A stretch of 28,410 nucleotides of DNA from Steroidobacteraceae bacterium (GCA_036263355.1 DATAHE010000283.1:1-28410), one strand, 5' to 3'. Counted from the stretch's first letter, positions 8,672-17,149 are shown. Numbers and translations: made by a program. Notes: generated by a model from the sequence alone, not told the origin.

Positions 8672-10069
8672 TTACGAAGGGCGTCTCGCAGGAATACGAC
8701 GTCCCGCAAATCGATCAGATGGAATCTCGGCAAGCAATGGACCAAAGCTGTTGCCTTCAAGATCAAGTTCGGTGTGGATGCGCGGATGCAACGTCTCCGT
8801 AAAGATGCATATCGCTGCGGCCAGCAAGGGCGCAATGAATATCGCCAGTATCATGTTCAGCACTAATCGTGGCGATGAAGGTTGTTCCGGAACTGCCGCT
8901 CGATCCAGCACGGCAATGTTGCTGTGCTCCAGCTGGCTTTGCAGTCTGGTCTGACCGCTGCGCTGTAACGCTGCATCATAGGCAGTGCGTGCACTGTCGA
9001 CTTCGCGCTTCAGTACGGCATATTCATCCTGCTGTGCCTTCAGTGACAGAATGCGTTCGCGCTGCTGCTCAACGGCACGTTGCAGTGATGCGGCTTGCTG
9101 GCGTGAAATGCTGGCTTCGCGTGAGATGGTGGCGCGCGCATTCTGCATTTCCTGATCAACCTTTTTTTGGATCGCGGCAAGCTCTGCTGCGGCGCTCATG
9201 TATTGCGGATGATTGCGATCAAAGCGCTGCGACACATCAGCAAACTTGGCTTCGGCACGTGCAAGTTCCGTCTTCAGGCTTTGCATCAAAGGGTTCTTGA
9301 ACAGATCCGACATTTCATCAGGTCGTTGCAATGAATTGGCCTGATCCATCTGCGTAGAGCGTGCATTGCTGGCATACATCGCCGACTGCGCTGCTACCAG
9401 TTGATTGGATAATTCTTCCAGCCGCGCATTCTCTACATCCAGTCGCGCATCGTCAGTGCCAATCAAGCCATGATCTGACTGATACGCAGAAAGCTTTTGT
9501 TGTGCTTTCTCCAGCGTGCTGCGTAATTCTTCTGACTGTTTATCAAACGACGCCAGCTGCCCGCGCATCGGGCTTACTTTCAACTCAACACTGGTCTGCA
9601 CGTAAGCGTCTGCAAATCCATTGGCGATTTTCGCGGCACGAGTTGGGCTGGTGTCAGGATACTGAATGTAAATAACATTGCCATTGTGTGATGAACGCAC
9701 ACTTAGCTTGTCGAGCAATACATCAGCAATGGCGTCGTCGATGGCGGCGGGGGAGACGGCCTTTAATTTGGCAGTGAAGAAAGGATCTTCCTTCAGCTTA
9801 AGATCGCGCACGACTTTCAGTGCCACATTGCGACTGCCAATCACATCCATCTGTGTCGCAACAAAAGCCGATTGCATCTGCTGGGGGACATTGGCGGTGT
9901 TGGTGTATGGGTCAGTGGTACTGACATCGGCAATGACGGCCGCTTCGCCCAGATATTTTTTTGGCAGCAACAAGCTTGCGGCCAGCGCCAGTATCAGCAC
10001 CGAGCAGAAGATGGAGAAGAACATTCTTCTACGCGCCACCAGAATGCGAACTAACTGTGCAAGGGTCAC
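8672..10069 (-). CDS. epsF: EpsF chain-length determinant / polysaccharide co-polymerase (GumC/Wzz-like)
   Basis: Two TM segments flank a long coiled coil. Motifs LPKKYLGEA, 'SQRFDRNHPQY' and 'NIAVLDRAAVPEQPSSPR'. GTG start at 10069 with AGAGGA RBS, giving MTLAQLVRIL. Confidence 0.9.
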   Translation of the reverse strand: MTLAQLVRILVARRRMFFSIFCSVLILALAASLLLPKKYLGEAAVIADVSTTDPYTNTANVPQQMQSAFVATQMDVIGSRNVALKVVRDLKLKEDPFFTAKLKAVSPAAIDDAIADVLLDKLSVRSSHNGNVIYIQYPDTSPTRAAKIANGFADAYVQTSVELKVSPMRGQLASFDKQSEELRSTLEKAQQKLSAYQSDHGLIGTDDARLDVENARLEELSNQLVAAQSAMYASNARSTQMDQANSLQRPDEMSDLFKNPLMQSLKTELARAEAKFADVSQRFDRNHPQYMSAAAELAAIQKKVDQEMQNARATISREASISRQQAASLQRAVEQQRERILSLKAQQDEYAVLKREVDSARTAYDAALQRSGQTRLQSQLEHSNIAVLDRAAVPEQPSSPRLVLNMILAIFIAPLLAAAICIFTETLHPRIHTELDLEGNSFGPLLAEIPSDRFAGRRIPARRPS

Positions 10070-10090
10070 AAGGAATTCCTCTTTATAAAT

Positions 10091-10158
10091 ATCAACACTC
10101 ATCACCAAAATCATCACCGCATCAACATCACATCAGCACCGGAGCGGAGGGCGGTGCT
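10091..10158 (-). other. Intercistronic hairpin followed by a TGAT-rich tract between epsE and epsF
   Basis: 7-bp stem AGCACCG/CGGTGCT (10135-10158) and 7 ATCA (sense TGAT) units in 10091-10135. Confidence 0.4.
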
Positions 10159-10171
10159 TCAAATCAGATCG

Positions 10172-10990
10172 TCAGAACAGGCTTTCTTTAATCAGCAGTA
10201 CATCGTCAGGTTTCAAAACATCCGTGCTCTTCACGCGCTGCTGATGTTCGTTGCCACTGGAATCGCGACGCTTTAACTTGGCGCCGCGTTCCGTGCCGTG
10301 TTTAGTCAGACCACCGCCGGCTGCGATGGCTTGTGATACCGTCATGTTGCGACCCAGACGATAGACGCCGGGATGTTGTACTTCGCCATAAATATAGAAT
10401 TGCGCTGCACGTGCCACGGACAGAGTGTCGCCACTGTGTACCTCAAGATTCATGCGCAGATCGCCATCTGACAGCTTCTGCAAATCGACGGGTTGCACGT
10501 TACCGTTGGCGCGAATCAACGTGGCCTGGTCTGCTGCGGAGTCCGGCAAGACGCCACCGGCCAGTGCGAGCACATCCAATACTTTCTGCGTACCAATCAG
10601 GGGATATTGACCGGGCTTGCCCACCTGACCAATCACGCTGACCTTCTGACTTTGAAAGTCGCCAACCAGAATGGATACCTGTGCTTTCCTGATGAAGCTG
10701 CCTTCAGTCAACTTCGCAGCAATCATCTCCTCTGCTTCATGAGTAGAGAGGCCTTCGACGTGCACCACACCAATCAGTGGATAAGTGATGTTGCCGGATT
10801 GGCTGACACGCGCATCCAGTGCGAGCTCGGGATGATCGAATACAGTGATGTGCAATAAGTCGCTAGCGCCCAGCTGATAATCAGCAGCCTGAACACAGAG
10901 CGACAGTAACGCGCCAATCAACGTGAGTACCGTTGTGAACACGGAAACAGCATTACCACGTTCAGAATTATTAGAAGTCCTAGTAAGCAT
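10172..10990 (-). CDS. epsE: EpsE polysaccharide export protein (short OPX/Wza-like; Poly_export plus two SLBB domains)
   Basis: 'DYQLGASDLLHITVFDHPEL', 'GNITYPLIGVVHVEGLS', 'VSVIGQVGKPGQY' and 'YIYGEVQHPG'. ATG 10990 with AAGGA RBS. Ends ...KESLF with no Wza C-terminal helix. Confidence 0.9.
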   Translation of the reverse strand: MLTRTSNNSERGNAVSVFTTVLTLIGALLSLCVQAADYQLGASDLLHITVFDHPELALDARVSQSGNITYPLIGVVHVEGLSTHEAEEMIAAKLTEGSFIRKAQVSILVGDFQSQKVSVIGQVGKPGQYPLIGTQKVLDVLALAGGVLPDSAADQATLIRANGNVQPVDLQKLSDGDLRMNLEVHSGDTLSVARAAQFYIYGEVQHPGVYRLGRNMTVSQAIAAGGGLTKHGTERGAKLKRRDSSGNEHQQRVKSTDVLKPDDVLLIKESLF

Positions 10991-12470
10991 GGGTGTCCTT
11001 GAATACAACTGCGACAGTCTGAAACAGAATTTTTATGTCGAACCACAATGACCAGTTGCACAGATATTTAAGATCGAACTCAATGCGCTTGGTCATCGTC
11101 ACCAGATCATCGCCGCCACGATAGCCATTCACCTGGGCCCAGCCCGTGATACCGGGTTTGACTTTGTGACGAATCATGTAGCTTGGAATCTGTTCGCGAT
11201 AACGTTCATTCACTGCGACAGCATGGGGACGTGGACCCACCATACTCATCGAACCGCCCAGCACATTCAAAAGCTGTGGCAATTCATCAAGCGAAGTACG
11301 ACGGATGAAAGCGCCGAACGGCGTGACACGACTATCGTTGCGCGTCACCTGCTTGTATTGATTGTCGCCATCTTCAGTGACCGACATGGAGCGAAATTTT
11401 CTGACCATGATTTCGCGACCATCCAGTCCATAGCGTCGTTGCTTGAATATGACGGGACCTGGTGAACTGAGTTTCACACCCAGCGCTACCATCAGGAACA
11501 AGGGCATCGTAATTGTTAGTGCTGTTAGTGATAGAACGATGTCACTGCAACGCTTCACCAGTCCGCCAACACCATAGAAGGGTGATTCGCAGATGGCGAT
11601 CAAAGGAATGCCACATAGCATTTCAACGCGCGCACCAATCAGATCAAAGGCACCGAGATCAGGAACGAAGTAAACAGAGGCCACTGAGTCCTGCAGTTCT
11701 TCCAGGAGATGCATCAATGCCGGATTGCGTGACAGTGGAAAGGTGATGTAGACAAGTTGAATGTTGTGCTTGCGTACATATGCGGCGATATCGGTCGTCG
11801 AACCGAGGCGTGCCAAGGAATGAAATGACCCCGGCGCCGCAGGGGTACTGCTGTCTTCGTCAATCTGGTTTCCAGAGGCGTCACCGGAGCGGCCGAAATG
11901 ACCATCGAAATAGCCCACACAGTTGATCATGAGTGAAGGCTGCGCTTCCAGCATCTGGCTGAGTAGTGCACCTTGTTCAGTTGCCCCCACAATCACTGCT
12001 GATCGTGCTGCCATGCGCCTGATGCTGACACCAAATAATGGCATGCATATTCCCGCTCGCACGGCAAACAATACAAAGGGTGTGAGCAGCACCCATGCGA
12101 TAAACGGTGCCTCTGCTACGTAGTGCCCCGTGCCCGATAAATACATCAGCAAACAGATGCCAATGCATATGACGCACCAGCGACTGAAAACATAGTTGAA
12201 TGATTTCAGTGTGAACGCGCCAAGGCCATCGAATGCAAATTTTGAAAAGTCGACAAGCTCTGCAACGGCGGTAAAGCCGATCACCGCAATCAGAAAGTAC
12301 GGTCCGAGTAATGGTTGATGCCACCACTGTAGACAGACCAGTAACACCAAGACAGTTGTAACGGGATATACCAGCGATTGAATGGCAATCATCAACGCAG
12401 AATTTCGCGAAGCCGCTTCCATTGGCAGCGACCCTGCGGTCTGCAATGCCGTGAATGAGTCATTGCGCAC
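10980..12470 (-). CDS. epsB: Undecaprenyl-phosphate glucose phosphotransferase (EpsB/WcaJ/GumD family priming transferase)
   Basis: Bac_transf motifs 'KRCSDIVLS', 'GPVIFKQRRYG', 'KFRSM', 'RRTSLDELPQL', 'GPRPH', 'KPGITGWAQVNGYRG' and 'DLKYLCNWSLWFD'. GTG start with GAGG RBS. Confidence 0.95.
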   Translation of the reverse strand: MRNDSFTALQTAGSLPMEAASRNSALMIAIQSLVYPVTTVLVLLVCLQWWHQPLLGPYFLIAVIGFTAVAELVDFSKFAFDGLGAFTLKSFNYVFSRWCVICIGICLLMYLSGTGHYVAEAPFIAWVLLTPFVLFAVRAGICMPLFGVSIRRMAARSAVIVGATEQGALLSQMLEAQPSLMINCVGYFDGHFGRSGDASGNQIDEDSSTPAAPGSFHSLARLGSTTDIAAYVRKHNIQLVYITFPLSRNPALMHLLEELQDSVASVYFVPDLGAFDLIGARVEMLCGIPLIAICESPFYGVGGLVKRCSDIVLSLTALTITMPLFLMVALGVKLSSPGPVIFKQRRYGLDGREIMVRKFRSMSVTEDGDNQYKQVTRNDSRVTPFGAFIRRTSLDELPQLLNVLGGSMSMVGPRPHAVAVNERYREQIPSYMIRHKVKPGITGWAQVNGYRGGDDLVTMTKRIEFDLKYLCNWSLWFDIKILFQTVAVVFKDTHAY

Positions 12471-12475
12471 TGAGA

Positions 12476-12874
12476 TTAACCTCGTTCAGCGTGTGCAATC
12501 AGCTCGGCACCGGCAGCCTGCGACAGCTTTGTCTCTGTGACACGATATGCGCGAGCGTTGAAGCGTTGCAGCGTGTTGAGATTGATGATGCGTGTTTCGG
12601 ACTGCGCCTTCTGATGACGACGCAGCTGCAGCACCACCAATACCACACCAGCTATCATTGCCAGCAACATATCCGACATGCGAAAGCTGTCAGGTTGATG
12701 TTGTGCTTCCAGTGCTGGCGCCAGCCTTTCCTGAATTGCCGTCACTGTTGTTGAAGCCTTGACTGCTGTGGGTGCTGTGCTCTCGGCAGATGCACACTCA
12801 ACCACGGCAAGCAGGGCAGAGCACGCAAGAACAAAAGAAACAATTGCACTATTCAACATGTTGAGTGACCGCAT
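12476..12874 (-). CDS. Small hypothetical membrane protein heading the eps operon (signal peptide, short spacer, TM plus RR, tail)
   Basis: GAGG RBS, hydrophobic N-terminus ending ASA-E, second hydrophobic segment MLLAMIAGVVLVVLQL followed by RRHQK. The stop lies 5 nt before epsB. Confidence 0.65.
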   Translation of the reverse strand: MRSLNMLNSAIVSFVLACSALLAVVECASAESTAPTAVKASTTVTAIQERLAPALEAQHQPDSFRMSDMLLAMIAGVVLVVLQLRRHQKAQSETRIINLNTLQRFNARAYRVTETKLSQAAGAELIAHAERG

Positions 12875-12971
12875 AAACCCTCACAAAGATATAGGGAAAG
12901 ACCCTGAACGTAGCGAGCGATACTCAAACAAAAACACGGCTTGCTTAGTAGATCACTTGCCCCAAGATCGC

Positions 12972-12989
12972 TGTGGGAGTTGTCTTACA
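12972..12989. promoter_or_regulatory. GacA/RcsB-like 18-bp box upstream of the eps operon
   Basis: TGTGGG-AGTTGT-CTTACA, about 100 bp upstream of the first operon gene. Compare the GacA/UvrY site TGTAAG-N6-CTTACA. Confidence 0.6.
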
Positions 12990-13242
12990 GTATGTTTTCT
13001 CTGTTTTGATGCGCACAACAATGCTGCTGCAACAAAGCGCAGCAAAAATTGTTTCAAACTTGAATTGATTTGGAGCAACGCGATTATTCATGCACTTATT
13101 GAGCACGTTTCATTTTTATGAAGTTGTTGTGCGATCAATAGTCAAGTGACATTTGATTCGCAAAATACATACACTCGATAGTTGGCAGTACATGCATGCG
13201 CAACTTTCTTGATGAGTCGCTATATGCCACCAATGTCGTGGC

Positions 13243-13260
13243 TGTCAGACAGTTCTTATA
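13243..13260. promoter_or_regulatory. Second GacA/RcsB-like box in the eps upstream region
   Basis: TGTCAG-ACAGTT-CTTATA. Confidence 0.45.
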
Positions 13261-13324
13261 AGAAGGTGGATGTTAATGACAGTCTGCAACCGAGTCAGCG
13301 CTCGGCTATCAAGCCATCAAGCAA

Positions 13325-14281
13325 TCAGTTTCCAGAATAACCGCCAATGATGGGCAGTATCTCGCCCGTGATGTAGCTGGAACATTGCGATGAGGCTAAA
13401 AACACAAAGGCTGGCGAAATCTCTTCTGGTTGCGCCGGTCGTTTCATTGGCACCTTGGCGCCGAATTGTGCAACCTTTTCACTCGGCGAGTCAGATGGAT
13501 TCAACGGCGTCCACACCGGTCCGGGCGCGACAGCATTGACGCGAATACCTCTGGGCACCAGATGCGAAGCAAGTGATCGCGTAAAGGCGTGAATGCCACC
13601 CTTGGTCATTGAGTAATCGAGCAGATGCCCGCTGCCGAGAATGCCTGTCACCGATCCGGTGTTCACGATGGCACTGCCGGGCTGCATGTAAGGAATGGCC
13701 GCCTGTGCCATGAAGAAGTATCCGTACAGATTCGTCTTGAGCGTGCGATCAAATTGCTCCACTGTCAGCGCTTCAAGTTGCTCGACATGTTGCTGAAACG
13801 CAGCGTTGTTCACCAGGATGTCGAGATGTTCGAATTCATCCATCGTCTTGCTGACCACTGTTTCGCAAAATGTTCTGTCGGTGACATCACCAGCGATCAA
13901 TAGACACTTACGACCTTCGGCTTCGACAGCACTGCGGGTAATCTCTGCATCTGCGCTCTCGCTTTGATACACCACCACAATGTTTGCACCTTCGCGAGCA
14001 AACAGAACGGCAACGGCGCGGCCAATGCCCGAATCGCCGCCGGTGATGATCGCCACTTTCCCTAATAACTTGTTAGAGCCCTGATAATAGGGCGCTTCAT
14101 ACATCGGACTTGGATCGAGCATGTGTTCCTTGCCGGGCTTTGATTGATGTTGCTTGGGAAACGGGGGCTCCGGATAGCGGCGCGCACCGGCTTGCATGGC
14201 AAAATCTTCGTCCTTCGAAGATTTTTGCTTTCCTTCCGTCGAAGAAGAATGCTCTTTAGCGGTGTGTGCTTTGGTGTCCAT
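13325..14281 (-). CDS. Short-chain dehydrogenase/reductase, YghA/YdaD (general stress protein 39)-like
   Basis: 'FPKQHQSKPG', 'YYQGSNKLLGKVAIITGGDSGIGRAVA', 'NNAA', catalytic YSMTK, 'IRVNAVAPGPVWT' and 'RPAQPEE'. Confidence 0.93.
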   Translation of the reverse strand: MDTKAHTAKEHSSSTEGKQKSSKDEDFAMQAGARRYPEPPFPKQHQSKPGKEHMLDPSPMYEAPYYQGSNKLLGKVAIITGGDSGIGRAVAVLFAREGANIVVVYQSESADAEITRSAVEAEGRKCLLIAGDVTDRTFCETVVSKTMDEFEHLDILVNNAAFQQHVEQLEALTVEQFDRTLKTNLYGYFFMAQAAIPYMQPGSAIVNTGSVTGILGSGHLLDYSMTKGGIHAFTRSLASHLVPRGIRVNAVAPGPVWTPLNPSDSPSEKVAQFGAKVPMKRPAQPEEISPAFVFLASSQCSSYITGEILPIIGGYSGN

Positions 14282-14385
14282 TTACTTTAAACGTCAGCGA
14301 TGAATAACTTGACTGGATTAAAGCATCCAAGAAATCACATCGATGTCGGCAAATCATCGAGTAAGTGGTAGTTACTGTCCGACTA

Positions 14386-14571
14386 TCATCCCGGCAGATG
14401 CTGCTTCTTCTCATTACCGTAATCGTCGGAAGGATGCGGCAACACAGGTATGTTTTCCGCGGGCTCTGGCGTTTCTGGCACCGGTTGCTCCTCAGCATCT
14501 GGTGTAGGGCGCGGGTCGTGCATCAATGACGCATATTCAAATGGCTCACACCGCAGTGGTTGGTACGACAT
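14386..14571 (-). CDS. Small Pro/Glu-rich hypothetical protein (61 aa)
   Basis: GGGAG RBS before ATG 14571. Translation MSYQPLRCEPFEYASLMHDPRPTPDAEEQPVPETPEPAENIPVLPHPSDDYGNEKKQHLPG. No family recognised. Confidence 0.35.
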   Translation of the reverse strand: MSYQPLRCEPFEYASLMHDPRPTPDAEEQPVPETPEPAENIPVLPHPSDDYGNEKKQHLPG

Positions 14572-14828
14572 GAAGTTTCTCCCAAGGTTGCGCATAGCAT
14601 CAAGCAGTGAAGTATTTGAAGTTGTCATCAATACGTGCATAACTGTCGTCGGCGGCAGACGTTAGAGCGTCATCATGCAGCTACATAAATGTGCTCCTGC
14701 CTTTACCTTGGGGTCGGATGATGCGGGTGTGCCCGTGGCTCAAGTTCGCCACCAGCATTGTGACCACTTTATAACCCGAGTGAATTGTCCGAGTAGTGCA
14801 TGACGCAACTGCCGAATGGCGACACGTC

Positions 14829-14856
14829 CTTATTTGGGCGACTTATTAGGGCGACT
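14829..14856. repeat. Tandem 13-bp direct repeat in a divergent intergenic region
   Basis: CTTATTTGGGCGA CTTATTAGGGCGA CT (one mismatch). Confidence 0.5.
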
Positions 14857-15102
14857 GGTTGGAAATCAGCTGCGTGTGATGTTGCGGTTTGCGCAACGTC
14901 TTGTGCTCGTCACCTTGATAACTGTAGACAACATCAATCAATTTCGCTGCAAGCACCTATTGCAAAGCGGCAACGACGAAGCATACTATCGGCCGTCACC
15001 TCACACATTCGTAATAAAGCAGCGTGTTGTTGCCTATGCTATTCTCGCGCTTGACTAATTATTTTGTCCTACAAGCTTGATCCACAGGTGATTATCTTGA
15101 AC

Positions 15103-15516
15103 ATGGAAAACGCTGCCAGTAAGACTGCCGCCTCTGTCATTAAATCTGTTCTGGTAGTTGAAGACGAACCAGTCACTTTAATGTATCTGTCCGACACGCT
15201 GCAGGAACTGGGGTTCAACGTCACGCAAGCCAATAATGCCACCGAAGCCATTCATGCTGCTTCGGATTGCCCCGGGTTGTCAGTTGCTTTTGTTGATCTT
15301 GGACTGCCTGACCTTAGCGGACTGGAATTGATTTCCGAACTGCGCAAGATGCAACCAGGATTAAACATCGTTATTGCATCCGGCTACGGCGAAATGGCCA
15401 AACGCGATCTGGACAATGCGGAAGACACCGACAATTTCACTGTCCTCACCAAGCCATACAATCAGGAAACCATCACTGAAATTCTCAGTGACCTTGGCGT
15501 GCTCGGTAACAACTAA
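15103..15516 (+). CDS. Single-domain response regulator (CheY-like receiver)
   Basis: VLVVEDE, AFVDLGLPDLSG (phospho-Asp), IASGY and LTKPY, with no output domain. ATG 15103 preferred over TTG 15064. Confidence 0.9.
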   Translation: MENAASKTAASVIKSVLVVEDEPVTLMYLSDTLQELGFNVTQANNATEAIHAASDCPGLSVAFVDLGLPDLSGLELISELRKMQPGLNIVIASGYGEMAKRDLDNAEDTDNFTVLTKPYNQETITEILSDLGVLGNN

Positions 15517-15563
15517 CGCTATTTTTATTCACCGTCGCTCCTTGTGTTATCGGACCGCTTGAA

Positions 15564-16955
15564 CTACAACCAGTAATTAATCAGGCGACTTGCTGACTCC
15601 TTCAGCTTTTCTCCCGCCGATCTCCGACGCCAGGTGTTGATGTCAATCTCCTTGCTTTGTTGCAGATCGGATAAATAGATTTCCTGCATGCGCGTGCCGA
15701 GCGATTCACTGACGATAATGGCAGTCACTTCATTGTTATGAAGAAAGCTGCGGTAGTCGAAGTTCGCTGAACCGATAATCGATACACTGCCATCGATGAC
15801 AGCGGTTTTGGCATGAAGTAATGCATCGGTGACTTCATACAGCCGCACGCCATGTTTCAGCAATGGCTCGTAACCCCCACGTGCTGCATAGAACACAATG
15901 CTGGAGTCTGTGAAGCTGGGGACCAATACGCGGACATCGACACCACGCGATACCGCAGCAATCAACGCATCGCGTAGTTCCGGCGGTGGTGAAAAGTAAG
16001 CCTGCGTAATCCACACCTGCTTTGACGCATGCTGAATTGCAGCAAGATAAGTGCTGTAAATGGGCTCTTTACGCTGCTTGACGCCAGTGCTGGCAACAGC
16101 AGATACAATATCGGCGCCAGCATTTTCCAGCGGTGGATAGTCGATATCTTTACTGTCATTCATTTCGCCATCCAGCGCCGCCCAGGTCTCAAAGAAGATC
16201 ATCTGGAACAGGCGAACGGCAGGACCTTCTATTTGCGCATCTGTATCACGCCAACCTTCGTTGATGCCACGCTCTGGTCCGGGATGTAACGAGGACTTCG
16301 ATGCATAGGTGCCACTGATGTTAAGGCCGCCAGTGAAGGCGATCTTGCCATCGACAATGAGCAGCTTGCGATGATCACGATTATTGAATTTCCAGAATGC
16401 CACGCTATGAAACGACAGCGGATTGAACTCCTTGACCAGCACACCGGCGTTGCGCATTTCATCGAATAGCGCATCCGATGAGGTCAGGCTGCCGATGGCG
16501 TCGAAGATCACACGGACACGCACGCCAGCACGGGCCTTGCTGATTAGTAGTGATGCGAAGTCTCGACCCAGTTTGTCATCAGAGAAAATATAGGTTTCAA
16601 CATTCACGCTGCGCGTTGCGCCTGCGATGGCGCGACGCAGATGCGCAAACGTATCCGGTCCATCCACCAGCGGTGTGACCTTGTTGCCAACCACCAGCGG
16701 TGAGTTGGTCTTTGCGCGCACGGCATCTACCAGTTGCTCAAGCTCATGACTGTGTGGAGACGCTGGATTGCCCGCAGCTTGAATGATTTCGCTGGATTTC
16801 TTTTCACTGAGCGCGCGTCCGCCCGCTACCACTGGAGCAACTTCTGCTTGGTGCTCCGGTCGATGATCAGAGAGCGTAGACAGGTCGGTGCAGGACCAAA
16901 GCGGGACGGCGATGCAACAGAGAATCAGGTGGTTTAAGAATCTATTTTTGCGCAT
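15564..16955 (-). CDS. cls: Cardiolipin synthase-like phospholipase D (ClsB/YbhO-like) with a possible lipoprotein signal
   Basis: Two HKD motifs (RDHRKLLIVDG, LLHAKTAVIDG), 'AFTGGLNI', 'WRDT', 'ITQAYFSP' and 'IGSANFDYRS'. N-terminus MRKNRFLNHLILCCIAVPLWSC. Confidence 0.9.
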   Translation of the reverse strand: MRKNRFLNHLILCCIAVPLWSCTDLSTLSDHRPEHQAEVAPVVAGGRALSEKKSSEIIQAAGNPASPHSHELEQLVDAVRAKTNSPLVVGNKVTPLVDGPDTFAHLRRAIAGATRSVNVETYIFSDDKLGRDFASLLISKARAGVRVRVIFDAIGSLTSSDALFDEMRNAGVLVKEFNPLSFHSVAFWKFNNRDHRKLLIVDGKIAFTGGLNISGTYASKSSLHPGPERGINEGWRDTDAQIEGPAVRLFQMIFFETWAALDGEMNDSKDIDYPPLENAGADIVSAVASTGVKQRKEPIYSTYLAAIQHASKQVWITQAYFSPPPELRDALIAAVSRGVDVRVLVPSFTDSSIVFYAARGGYEPLLKHGVRLYEVTDALLHAKTAVIDGSVSIIGSANFDYRSFLHNNEVTAIIVSESLGTRMQEIYLSDLQQSKEIDINTWRRRSAGEKLKESASRLINYWL

Positions 16956-17149
16956 GGTTATTCATTTGCGTTCGTCTTCAGCGTCCCAGACGCAAGAATT
17001 CATTAGCGCGACGTGTCTGCAATGTCAGTGCTGCACTAAACAGCATGTGAGGAAGTGATGACGTAAGGGTGCAGATAACGGCCTGGTTTTAAGTAATGCA
17101 CCGCTTATTCCGCTATCCCGGGAAACACCAAGAGTACTAATTTACAATC

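Noticed and set aside
13182-13199. Possible sigma54 promoter TTGGCAGTACATGCATGC
   Set aside because: The GG-to-GC spacing is 8 or 12 nt rather than the required 10, and it faces away from the eps operon.
14800-15058. Two short plus-strand ORFs (84 and 80 aa) upstream of the receiver gene
   Set aside because: No RBS, no domain signature, and they overlap each other. The region is more likely a promoter.
16960-17010. Possible c-di-GMP-I riboswitch upstream of cls (GGGACGC...GCAAA on the minus strand)
   Set aside because: It lacks the GCAAA-CC...GAAA P2 architecture and the GACGCAAAGC element in the right order. Only a short hairpin is present.
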